A stretch of DNA of 64,000 bases from Nannocystales bacterium (GTDB lineage: Bacteria; Myxococcota_A; Polyangia; Nannocystales; Nannocystaceae). The first letter of the stretch is position 1, and every line of letters starts with the position of its first letter. The position numbers and the translations under genes are program-made. The notes below the pieces were generated by a model, which made no database searches, had not been told where the DNA came from, and saw nothing but the letters and a program-made list of their open reading frames with translations. Location: the NCBI GenBank assembly GCA_050633305.1, contig JBOEGF010000014.1, positions 64,001-128,000 on the forward strand, given 5' to 3'. Below are positions 39,588-48,560 of this stretch, piece after piece.

Positions 39588-40541
39588 GTGAAGAGCTTCA
39601 GACCTACGGTTCTCCTGTCCAGCCTGCTCGTGGTGGCTGGAGGCTGCACCATCGACGTCGACGGCGACGATGACGGCTCGACCGGCGCAACGGCCGAAAC
39701 AGACCCCGCCGCCTCGGGCGGCGACGAGTCGGGATCCGGGACGGACGGCTGGAGCGAATTCTCTCACTGCGAGCCGGACCCTCAGGCGCCGCTGTCGGGG
39801 GACGCGATGGGTTCGTTCTCGGGGGCGAACGAAGACGGCCAGGCATCGACCATGGGGCTGAGTGCACCCGCCGGGGGCTACGTGACCGCCACCTTCACAC
39901 CCGGACTCGCCCGTGGAGGCCTATTCGCGTTCGGGTCCGGAGACGCGGACGTGTTCAACACCGTCGAGCAGGACTACGAAGAACCCGTCGACATCGCGTT
40001 CTTGGCGGCCCCTGGCGTCGCCTACCAACTCGAGGCGAGACAGCAGGGCAACGCAAACCCGGACGAGTATCCGTTTGGTTGGGCCCTCTCGTGGTCCGCC
40101 GTTCCGATCCCCGACTGTTGGGAGCCGAACAACTCGATGGGTGACGCCAGCGATGTCGCCCTGGGGCACGCGATCTCCGGCTACATCAACGCCGGGCAGA
40201 GCGGTGGCGACCCGGTGGCCCCCGCGGACTGGCTGGACTTCTATCGGTTCGAAGTCGAGGAGGCGGGGACGCTGAGGGTCGACATGATGCAGGTGCCTGG
40301 GGATGGCTTGGTCCGGGCACGGGTCCTGGACCAAGCCGGCGAACAGGTGGGGTCGATCGAGCATCCGAGCGAGGAGACGGAACCGTTTTCGGACGTCGTT
40401 GACCTCGGATCCGGAACGTACTTCCTCGAGGTCAATCCGTTCTTGCTGCCGACGCAGCGTGTTGCGGATGACGCTGAGGGCGGAATCCCTAGCTCCTGGA
40501 CGACGCCGTACACGTTCGAGTTGAGCCTCGACCCAGCCTGA
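39588..40541 (+). CDS. Lipoprotein with PPC-like (pre-peptidase C-terminal) beta-sandwich domains
   Basis: Lipobox AGGC; DCWEPNNSMGDA, DWLDFYRF, GTYFLEV, YTFEL. Confidence 0.7.
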   Translation: MKSFRPTVLLSSLLVVAGGCTIDVDGDDDGSTGATAETDPAASGGDESGSGTDGWSEFSHCEPDPQAPLSGDAMGSFSGANEDGQASTMGLSAPAGGYVTATFTPGLARGGLFAFGSGDADVFNTVEQDYEEPVDIAFLAAPGVAYQLEARQQGNANPDEYPFGWALSWSAVPIPDCWEPNNSMGDASDVALGHAISGYINAGQSGGDPVAPADWLDFYRFEVEEAGTLRVDMMQVPGDGLVRARVLDQAGEQVGSIEHPSEETEPFSDVVDLGSGTYFLEVNPFLLPTQRVADDAEGGIPSSWTTPYTFELSLDPA

Positions 40542-40551
40542 GCAACGCTGC

Positions 40552-41127
40552 CTATAGCTCGAGCCCTCGCATGGTGGCGTGCATCCAAGTCCGGGCGCGC
40601 TGCCATTGTCGCTGAACGGTGCGCGCTGAGATGCCGAGCGTCTCGGCGATCTCCTCGTTCTCCAAGCCGCCGAAGAAACGCGCTTCGACGATGTCCGCCT
40701 TTTGTGGGTCGTGCTCGTGGAGTTGCCGCAAGAGCCGATCGATCGTGATGACCGTGTCGGCCCTTTCGGCATCCATCACACCCGCCGGGTCCGCATCTGG
40801 GTCGTGCGGGGTCCCGCCCCCGCGCTTGTGTGCCAGCTGTCGCTCCGCGTAGTTCAGGAGGAGCTGACGCATGGCTTTAGAAGCGACTGCGAAGAAGTGC
40901 TTGCGGTCGTACCACTGCGCGCCGGTCCGCTCGATGAGGCGGACGTAGGCCTCGTGGACGAGCGCGGTGGGGCCAAGGGTGTCGTTGCCTGACCAACGGC
41001 GGCGCCGCTCGACCGCGATCGCACGCAGGTCGTCGTACACCGAGGGCATCAAGGCCTCGATGGCTCCGGGTTGCCCTTCGGTCACCGCACGAAGGAGTCC
41101 GGTGATGTCCACGTGCTCGGACGCCAC
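40552..41127 (-). CDS. ECF sigma factor, TIGR02999/ECF43-like (kinase-associated)
   Basis: ITGLL, LMPSVYDDLRAIA, TLGPTALVHEAYVRL, RKHFFAVASKAMRQLL, KRGGG, RFFGGL..EEIAE.LGIS.RTVQRQW..AR.W. Confidence 0.9.
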   Translation of the reverse strand: MASEHVDITGLLRAVTEGQPGAIEALMPSVYDDLRAIAVERRRRWSGNDTLGPTALVHEAYVRLIERTGAQWYDRKHFFAVASKAMRQLLLNYAERQLAHKRGGGTPHDPDADPAGVMDAERADTVITIDRLLRQLHEHDPQKADIVEARFFGGLENEEIAETLGISARTVQRQWQRARTWMHATMRGLEL

Positions 41128-41146
41128 GCCTTACGGTAACAAGCAA

Positions 41147-43459
41147 TCAGTCCGCGGTGAGCTTGGCGAGTTCGAGTTCGATACGCTCGACCCGGTCTGG
41201 GGGAACCTTGTGGCTTCGGGTTGCCTCGAGCGCTGTCTCCAGGACGTCTCGCGCGGCCTTGGTTTCCCCACGTGCGGCCCGGGCCCGTCCGAGGTGAAAC
41301 CCGACCGTGATGCAGGACCGCTCGGGGGGGTCGAGATGACTCCACGCAGTCTCGAGGACTTCGCTGGCTGCGTCGAGCTGGCCTTCTCCGAGCAAGACGG
41401 CGCCCAGATTGGCGGCGGCCATCGAGCGTCTCGGAGAGCCTTCCGGTTCGTGGAACTCGACGATCGTGAGGGCTTGGCGGAGCAGGTCGGCGGCGCGAGC
41501 GGGGTCGTTCGATTCGAGCATCAGCCCCAGGTCGTTGAGGCTGTTCGCGACCCAAGGGTGGGTGGGGCCAGCGACAGCGACCTCGATGGCCAGCGCCCGC
41601 TCCAGCGTGGCCACCCGGACGCTGGGCTCGCTCTGCTGGTGCGCGAGTTTTTGCAGCGCGTCCGCCACGCGGAGGTGTTGCTCGCCGTGAAGGTGCACGA
41701 GGATTCGGATGCCCCGTTCGATGAGCCAAGCACCGACCGACTTCGAGTCCCACTGCGCGAACCCGAGACCGATCAGCGCGACGGCGGCGTCCTCAGACCA
41801 CGGTCCGTCGTGCATGAGCACGAGGGCGAGACCGAGCGCATACCTCGGCGTGGCGTCTTGCGGGGCGTTGCGGTCGAGGGCGTCGGCTTGGGCGATCAGC
41901 CCCCGTCCGGTCCACCCGCTCCACAGGCCGCGGTGCGCCGTGGCCTCGCGGACCAGGCGGGTCGCGGTGGCGAGGGCATCGTCGTGTCGCGTGGCGCGTT
42001 CTTCCGCCAGCGACTGCACATGGAGTGCTTCGAGCCCGCGGGTGTCGCCGGGCTGAAGTTCGCGCGCCGCCACCGTCCATGCTGATGAGGCGAGTTCGGC
42101 CGCTGCGTCGTGCTCTCCTAGCGCAGACTGGGCGCGCGCGCTCAGCAACAGGAGGTCGAGGTTGTTCACGTCATCCGTGTCGAGCGTGGCTTCGGCCCGC
42201 TCGAGGATCGTCGCGACGGTGACCGCCTCACCCACATCCGAGCCCCGAACCCCGCGCAGGAGCATGCCCTCGAGAAAGTCCGAGGATCGCCGCGCCCGCG
42301 TGGCCTCTTGCCGTGCCCTGTCTCGTTCCAACTCGAGCGCCTGCTGTTGGAGCGTCAAGGTGACCGCGTAGGCGATGAGGAGCGCAAGGCAGAGGGCGGC
42401 GAGCGAGACGGCGACCGCGTGTGCTCTTGCAAACGCCCATGCCCGGTACACCCGGCCCTCTCGCGCGGCGACTCGGAGTCCTCCGGCCAACGCACGAAAG
42501 TCCGCCCCCAACGCGCCTGCGGATGCGTAGCGCTCCTCAGGCGACTCGGCCATGGCTCGCTTGAGTACGAAGTGGAGGTCGCCACTTCCGGTCCGCGGTG
42601 TCAGGCGTGCTTCGGACGGCCGGGGACCAACCAGAATACGCTCGGCGACGAGGCCGAGGGCATAGACATCTGCAGCGGTGCCTACGAACCGGCCCTCACG
42701 TTGTTCGGGTGCCGACCACCGAGGCGTGAAGGCACGATCCCCCGTCTTGGTGAGCTGGTCCGCCTCGGGCGATGAAAGCAACTTCGCGATGCCAAAGTCG
42801 AGGAGGACAGGATGACCGTTGTCCCGGACGCGAATGTTGGCGGGCTTGATGTCGCGGTGAACGATCAGCCTCCCATGCGCGTGCTCAACCGCGTCGCAGA
42901 GCCTGGCCAACAGGTGGAGCCGAGCTGAAATCTCGAGGTCTTGTTCGTCGAGGTGCTCGAGCAGGGAGGCGCCTCGAACGTATTCCATGATCAGGTACGG
43001 GACCCCTTGCCACGACCCGGCGTCGAGCAGCCGTGCGATGCCGGGGTGTTCGATCGCGGCGAGGATGCTGCGCTCACTCGCAAACCGCTGGACCAGCGCA
43101 GTGCGCACGACCTCCGCTCGGATGCGTTTGATCGCGACCTCCGTCTCGAACGCCCCATCGACTCGGCGGCCGCGGTACACCCGGCCCATCCCGCCCTCGC
43201 CGAGCACGTCTTCAACCCGGTAGGGCCCCACCTCGACGCCAATCCAGGGATCGGCCGGATCGGGGACGTCCAGAAGCATGGCTGGGGCGTCGAGGGGGCC
43301 GTCCTCTTCGGCGGCGCGCAGCAGTCGCATCGCGGATGCGAGCAACTCGGGCTCGTCGGAGAACAGTTTGCCGGCGCGGTCGGTGCGAACACTGGGCGGA
43401 AGATCGAGCAGTTCGTCCAGCGCGGCATCGAGTCGGGCGAAACGGTCGGCCGTAGACAT
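41147..43459 (-). CDS. Ser/Thr protein kinase with TM and TPR repeats (PknS-like architecture)
   Basis: LDELLDLP N-terminus, LGEGGMGRVY, RFASERSILA, HRDIKPAN, DFGIAKL, FTPRWSAPEQ; TM; TPRs. Confidence 0.92.
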   Translation of the reverse strand: MSTADRFARLDAALDELLDLPPSVRTDRAGKLFSDEPELLASAMRLLRAAEEDGPLDAPAMLLDVPDPADPWIGVEVGPYRVEDVLGEGGMGRVYRGRRVDGAFETEVAIKRIRAEVVRTALVQRFASERSILAAIEHPGIARLLDAGSWQGVPYLIMEYVRGASLLEHLDEQDLEISARLHLLARLCDAVEHAHGRLIVHRDIKPANIRVRDNGHPVLLDFGIAKLLSSPEADQLTKTGDRAFTPRWSAPEQREGRFVGTAADVYALGLVAERILVGPRPSEARLTPRTGSGDLHFVLKRAMAESPEERYASAGALGADFRALAGGLRVAAREGRVYRAWAFARAHAVAVSLAALCLALLIAYAVTLTLQQQALELERDRARQEATRARRSSDFLEGMLLRGVRGSDVGEAVTVATILERAEATLDTDDVNNLDLLLLSARAQSALGEHDAAAELASSAWTVAARELQPGDTRGLEALHVQSLAEERATRHDDALATATRLVREATAHRGLWSGWTGRGLIAQADALDRNAPQDATPRYALGLALVLMHDGPWSEDAAVALIGLGFAQWDSKSVGAWLIERGIRILVHLHGEQHLRVADALQKLAHQQSEPSVRVATLERALAIEVAVAGPTHPWVANSLNDLGLMLESNDPARAADLLRQALTIVEFHEPEGSPRRSMAAANLGAVLLGEGQLDAASEVLETAWSHLDPPERSCITVGFHLGRARAARGETKAARDVLETALEATRSHKVPPDRVERIELELAKLTAD

Positions 43460-43462
43460 CTC

Positions 43463-46171
43463 TCAATCCCTGTTGGGTGCGCACGGCGGGAACTCGGCAA
43501 TCGCCTGTCCCCAGCCGACAAGGGAGGCCCGGAGCCCTGCTCGCGCTTCCTCGGAGATGCCCTCCGCGCTGTCGATCCGCACCCGGGCTTGGCTCTGCGC
43601 GGCCGCGGGGTCACAGACAGCGTGCGCTTGGCACATCAGCGCCGCGACCCCAAGTTCGAGACGGGTCGTCGCATCGGCGGCGAGCTTGGACGCACGTGTC
43701 GCGAGAGATTCGGCGAGCTGTGCCTCGCCTCGGGCAAGCTCGAGCTGTGCGAGCAGCGAGAGTCCGTCGACCAGGTCGGGGTGGTCCGACTTCACGACCC
43801 TCTCCTCGAGTTCGAGACCGAGCCGGACCTCCGCGACGGCTTCGTCCAGCCTTCCGATCATCATCAGCATGCGACCGTGGTTGATGTGGAGGCTCGCGAG
43901 GCGGCGGTCTTCGGTGGTGAGGGATTCGGAGGCGAGGGCGAGAACCTCGACCATCATTCTTTCCGCCTCGAGGGGGTCACCGCGCATCGCCTCGAGGATG
44001 GCGCGCGACTCTCTTGCCATCACGCGTTCCGCGGCTCCGCCTTCGACGTTGGCAAAGATCGCGGCGGCAGATTCGAGCTGTTTCTGGGCCGAGTCGAGCT
44101 GCCCGAGTTCGATCAGCGTGCGCCCCAGCATGAAGCGCGAATGACCGACCTCCCGGTGGTCGTCGCCCAGCGCTTGTGACCGTTGCTCGATCGCGAGCCG
44201 GAACTCGGTTTCGGCCTGTTTGTGCTCCCGCAGCGAGGAGTAGAGGTCGCCGAGGTTGTTGTGCAGCGTCCCGGTCTGCCCGGGGCCGAGGAAGGGGCCC
44301 TCCGATTCGAGGAGCGCTTCCAGTTGCTCGACGGCCCGATTCGACTCGCCCTGATGGCGCAAGACGACTGCGCCACGCAGGCCCAGATTGAAGCGCTCGT
44401 GGTGTGAGAGGTCCAGCGACTCGGCACGGCTGGTGGCGCGGTCCATCCACACTTCCCCCGCAGGAATGCGATCGAGCTCCGAGGCTTCGACGAATCCAAG
44501 GACCGAGGCCACTTGCACGAACGCGACATCGTCCCTGGCCCGGTCGGCGGCACGCGCGGCCCGGAGCCAGGCATCTCTTGCCTCCGAGGTGCGGTCGAGC
44601 TGACGGAGGGCTTCTGCCCGTGAATGCTCGACGGCATGGGTGACCGACGGATGTGTGGAAGTATCCAGAGCCACCGCCTCGAGGACCTGCAGGGCAGCTT
44701 GGGCGTCGTTGGCGAGGGTCGCTGCGGCGTACTGTTGGGCAGCAACCTGCAGCAACGTGTCGTATCGATCTCGCTCAGGACCCGGTGGTGGTGGTGGCAC
44801 TTGGCGGAGAATGGCTTGAGTTCGGCAGCGGTTGCTGTCGCGGCCGAGGGCGGGGCGGGTCGCGGCACGCTGCAACACATCGCGACCCCCGCGCTCGAGC
44901 TGTTGCACGAAGGCCTCCACCACGACCCGGTCCGCGTGCAAGCACGCCATCCGTTGGTCGAGCAATGCCTCGGACTGGGTCTCGTGAATGTGGGTGGCCT
45001 CGCAGGACTCCCGCCATGCGGTGCTCCAGCGCGCTTCGAAGGCGTCGAGCTGCTCGCGAATGGCTGGCCACGCGGGGGCGCCTACATATTGTCGATCGAG
45101 GGCTCTGCGGATGTCGGCATCCCAGACCCCGGTGAGTTGCTCGCTCGCAGCTGTGCACGGTGCCGGGCCTCCGAGCATCGAGACGGTACCGGCCGCGGCG
45201 AGGACGCCCAGGCCAGCACCCGCGAGTCCGAGCGACCTGCGCCGCTGTCGAACCGGATCCAACGCACGCAGCAGGGCGCGCATGTCCGGATGTCGATCGC
45301 CCGGAGCGAGCTGGAGGCCGCGCTCGACCTCTCGCCAGACCCAGCCTGGCATCTTGGCACCCGGATTCTCGTACGCGCCGTCCAGCACGGCTTGGGTGAG
45401 CTTGATGAGGCCGCGCTGCGGGAACGGTCTCTTGCCAACGAACGCCTCATACAAAGCGACGCAGAATGCGAACTGATCCGAGGCCGGTGTCGCACGCTCG
45501 TAGCAGTGCTGCTCAGGAGCCATGTACGCAGGCGTCCCTGCGCCGTGGGTGGCGCCGTCTTGGCTGCCGTCTCGGAGAGTTTCCGGGTCCATCCGCGTCC
45601 GGGCGAGCCCAAAGTCGAGCACCACGGTGCGGCCCGAACTGTCCACCATCACGTTGGCGGGCTTGAAGTCTCCGTGAATGATGCCCGCGTCATGGGCAGC
45701 GGCGAGTGCGGCGCCCGCCTCCAGGTAGTGGTGCAGAAGCTCGCGGGCGCTGGGTTTGTTGTCTCGCTGCCAGGTGTCGAACGTCTTGCCCTCGACGTAC
45801 TCCATCGCGATGAAGAGCTCGCCCTCATGCCAGCCGATGTCGTAGACCGAGACGATGTTGGGATGTCGCAGGGACGCCAGCGCTCGTCCCTCGCGGAGGA
45901 GTTGGTTGGCGCCACTGGAGGTGTGCGTCGCGCGTCCCTCGAACAGAACCTTGATCGCGACGCGTCGGTCGAGTTCTCGGTCATGGGCGGAGAACACTCG
46001 TCCCATCCCGCCGCTGCCGAGCGCGTCGAGCACGAGGTAGCGCGCCACCTCCGTGCCCCGGCGGATCGTCGGGCTTGGAGAGGGGAGCTTGTCCTCCTCG
46101 GGGTGCGTCACAGCCACGCTTGCGGGCTGGGCGGTGGCGGAGCCGTCGGAAACCACGGTCGAGCGGACCAT
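43463..46171 (-). CDS. Ser/Thr protein kinase (non-RD, HGD) with TM and TPR repeats
   Basis: LGSGGMGRV, VAIK, HGDFKPAN, DFGLA, GTPAYMAPEQ, SDQFAFC; TM; TPRs. Start uncertain. Confidence 0.9.
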   Translation of the reverse strand: MVRSTVVSDGSATAQPASVAVTHPEEDKLPSPSPTIRRGTEVARYLVLDALGSGGMGRVFSAHDRELDRRVAIKVLFEGRATHTSSGANQLLREGRALASLRHPNIVSVYDIGWHEGELFIAMEYVEGKTFDTWQRDNKPSARELLHHYLEAGAALAAAHDAGIIHGDFKPANVMVDSSGRTVVLDFGLARTRMDPETLRDGSQDGATHGAGTPAYMAPEQHCYERATPASDQFAFCVALYEAFVGKRPFPQRGLIKLTQAVLDGAYENPGAKMPGWVWREVERGLQLAPGDRHPDMRALLRALDPVRQRRRSLGLAGAGLGVLAAAGTVSMLGGPAPCTAASEQLTGVWDADIRRALDRQYVGAPAWPAIREQLDAFEARWSTAWRESCEATHIHETQSEALLDQRMACLHADRVVVEAFVQQLERGGRDVLQRAATRPALGRDSNRCRTQAILRQVPPPPPGPERDRYDTLLQVAAQQYAAATLANDAQAALQVLEAVALDTSTHPSVTHAVEHSRAEALRQLDRTSEARDAWLRAARAADRARDDVAFVQVASVLGFVEASELDRIPAGEVWMDRATSRAESLDLSHHERFNLGLRGAVVLRHQGESNRAVEQLEALLESEGPFLGPGQTGTLHNNLGDLYSSLREHKQAETEFRLAIEQRSQALGDDHREVGHSRFMLGRTLIELGQLDSAQKQLESAAAIFANVEGGAAERVMARESRAILEAMRGDPLEAERMMVEVLALASESLTTEDRRLASLHINHGRMLMMIGRLDEAVAEVRLGLELEERVVKSDHPDLVDGLSLLAQLELARGEAQLAESLATRASKLAADATTRLELGVAALMCQAHAVCDPAAAQSQARVRIDSAEGISEEARAGLRASLVGWGQAIAEFPPCAPNRD

Positions 46172-46230
46172 AACAAGCGGGCGTTGGCCATGCGGCAGAA
46201 GACGTGCGGACTGGAGTAGTCTTGCCGCGC

Positions 46231-47160
46231 ATGCTCCGTGCTTCGCTCTCGCTGATGGCGCTCGTGTTGGCCGGGTGTTCCGCGCTTCCACACCCGGTCG
46301 AGCCGCTCCAGGGGCCACTCGCGGTCGCCTCGGAGCCAGCACCCAACAGCTGGAACGAGGTCTTTGCGGAACCTTCGGACGTGGAGGTGCGGGTCGAGGT
46401 CGCTGCGCATTGGCTCACTTGGCGCCGCGGGCTCATCGACTTCAGCCATCCCACGGCGAAGCGGAGCGAGCTCGAGGCCGGTCCGCAGCTCATCTCGCTG
46501 CTCGTTGGGGTCATCCGGCACCCCGAGCATGGAGACTTTCTGATCGATACGGGGATCGACCGCAGCCTTGCGGAGGGAAAGCCCGAGGCGGTCCGCGGCT
46601 CTGTGGAGCGTCTCCTCGAGACGCTGATGCCGGTTGAGGACATCTCGTCGATGCGGCGGAGGCTCTCCCTCGACCTGCGTGGCGTCTTCCTCACGCACAC
46701 GCACTTCGACCACGTCCTGGGTCTGCCGGACTTACCCACGGACCTTCCGGTCTACGTCGGAGAACGCGAAGCCGATCGTGGTGGACTCGTCGGGACGTTG
46801 TCTCGCCGCGGCCACAAGCAGCTCTTCTCGGGCAGACCACCCTTGAGCGGACTCCGTGAGGCCGATGGCATTCCGCTTGGGCCGTTCTCATACGCCATCG
46901 ACCTGTTCGGAGACCGTTCTGTGTGGGGGATCCCGATGGCCGGGCATACCGACGGCTCGATGGTGTACCTGGTCAACGCGAAGAACGGACCGGTCCTGTT
47001 CCTGGGAGACACGTCGCACACGCGGTGGGGGTGGGAGCACAGCGTCGGCCCGGGATGGTTTAGCGAAGACTCCGAGACGAACGCTCGCGAGCTCGAGACA
47101 CTACGTGTCTTCGCGGCGTCTCATCCGCAGGTCCGAGTCGTGGTCGGCCACGAGTTCTAG
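46231..47160 (+). CDS. Metallo-beta-lactamase-fold hydrolase (AHL-lactonase-like), lipoprotein
   Basis: Lipobox LAGC; LIDTG, THTHFDHVLG, DLFGDRSV, GHTDGS, LGD, GHE. Confidence 0.85.
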   Translation: MLRASLSLMALVLAGCSALPHPVEPLQGPLAVASEPAPNSWNEVFAEPSDVEVRVEVAAHWLTWRRGLIDFSHPTAKRSELEAGPQLISLLVGVIRHPEHGDFLIDTGIDRSLAEGKPEAVRGSVERLLETLMPVEDISSMRRRLSLDLRGVFLTHTHFDHVLGLPDLPTDLPVYVGEREADRGGLVGTLSRRGHKQLFSGRPPLSGLREADGIPLGPFSYAIDLFGDRSVWGIPMAGHTDGSMVYLVNAKNGPVLFLGDTSHTRWGWEHSVGPGWFSEDSETNARELETLRVFAASHPQVRVVVGHEF

Positions 47161-47165
47161 CCGAT

Positions 47166-47606
47166 CTAGCGCTGCGCTTTGCCGAGCTTTCTGAACTCCC
47201 CGGTCCCCCCGCTGGTGCGGGTGGTGTACCGGCCAACGTCATGGGCGGGTTCGACCGAGATGTTTTCGCGAGTCTCTCGATACGAAGGGAACTCGCTTTG
47301 GGGCTTCCGGCCGACGAACTCCAGCTCGCATCCGCCCATCGTCACCACATCGCCCGCTCGCAGCGGGGTTGGCTGCACGATCTGGGTCCCGTTGACGTAG
47401 GTGCCGTTGGTGCTCGCGACGTCGGCCACGGCCAACGTTTCGCCGTCATCGTGGAAAATGGCGTGTTCGCGCGAGATGCCCGCTTCGCCCAGGACGACGT
47501 CGCAGGAGGGGTCACGGCCTGCCACCATGCGGTGGCGTATCTCGAGCAGAGCGCCCGCATTGGGCCCTTTTACGATGTAGAGGCACGCCCGCCGGCGCTC
47601 GGCCAT
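47166..47606 (-). CDS. Stand-alone FHA domain protein
   Basis: GRDPSCD, ISREHA, DVASTNGTYVNG, LRAGDVV. Confidence 0.9.
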   Translation of the reverse strand: MAERRRACLYIVKGPNAGALLEIRHRMVAGRDPSCDVVLGEAGISREHAIFHDDGETLAVADVASTNGTYVNGTQIVQPTPLRAGDVVTMGGCELEFVGRKPQSEFPSYRETRENISVEPAHDVGRYTTRTSGGTGEFRKLGKAQR

Positions 47607-47833
47607 GTCAGGATTTCCAAGCTGATCGATGTCCTTAGGCTACGCGAGAAGCCCCCGACGCGCTGCCGTTTTCAACCGATGTTGGGGTCGCCGAAGGTGC
47701 GCCGGGGTCTCGCAACCTCGGATCGAGACCGTAGTGTACTGGAGCTTGCGCGTCTTGCCGAACGACTGGGGCTAGGAGGCGACGGCTGTAACGTGGGATG
47801 GCTGGCTACGTCTACGAGCTGCGGCCGTGACGC

Positions 47834-48505
47834 TCAGTCGCCAAATCGGCGTACACGTGCGTGGCAGTAGGGGGTCTTCCCCGTTCGTGCGTAGTAGTCC
47901 TGGTGGTAGCCCTCGGCGATCCAGAAGTCGCCGGCGCCTCGTACCGTCGTGGCCACATCGTAGCCTCGCTCCCGCAGAATCTCGATCAGCTCTTCGGTGT
48001 CCTTCTTCTGGGCGTCGTCGACTGCGAACACCGCGGAGAGGTACTGGTTGCCGATGTCGGGTCCCTGGCCATCTTGCTGCGTCGGATCGTGGATCTCGAA
48101 GAACCGCTTGGCCAACTCGCGGTACTGAACCTTCGACGGGTCATAGCGGATCCGGACGGTCTCGAGGTGGCCTGTCGCGTGGGTCAGGACATCGTCGTAC
48201 GTTGGGTTGTCCGTGGTGCCGCCCATGTACCCGGACTCCACGGCGAGCACGCCGTCCATCTGTTCGAGGTAGTGCTCCACGCCCCAGAAGCAGCCACCGG
48301 CGAAGTACGCGAACTGTTGGCTCTGCGGAGCTTGTGTTGCACCGCGTTCGAGCTGCGTGTCAGGAGATGGTGCTTGGCTCGAGGCGGTCTCGGACGCGGG
48401 GGCCCCGGTGCACGCTCCGAGAAAAACCGCCGCGGCCACAACCATGGGCCAGTGCGGCTTGAAAGAGACGACACGTCGTGGAAAGCGGAGCATCGGCGTG
48501 GACAT
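47834..48505 (-). CDS. msrA: Peptide methionine sulfoxide reductase A, with lipoprotein-like N-terminus
   Basis: FAGGCFWGVE, GYMGG, PTYDDV, HDPTQ..GQGPDIGNQY.S, AEGYHQDYY, YCH; lipobox FLGAC. Confidence 0.93.
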   Translation of the reverse strand: MSTPMLRFPRRVVSFKPHWPMVVAAAVFLGACTGAPASETASSQAPSPDTQLERGATQAPQSQQFAYFAGGCFWGVEHYLEQMDGVLAVESGYMGGTTDNPTYDDVLTHATGHLETVRIRYDPSKVQYRELAKRFFEIHDPTQQDGQGPDIGNQYLSAVFAVDDAQKKDTEELIEILRERGYDVATTVRGAGDFWIAEGYHQDYYARTGKTPYCHARVRRFGD

Positions 48506-48560
48506 CGTGCAGAGTCTACGGGCCAGTGCTGCAGATGCTACGTCTTGTGGCGTGTCTCTG

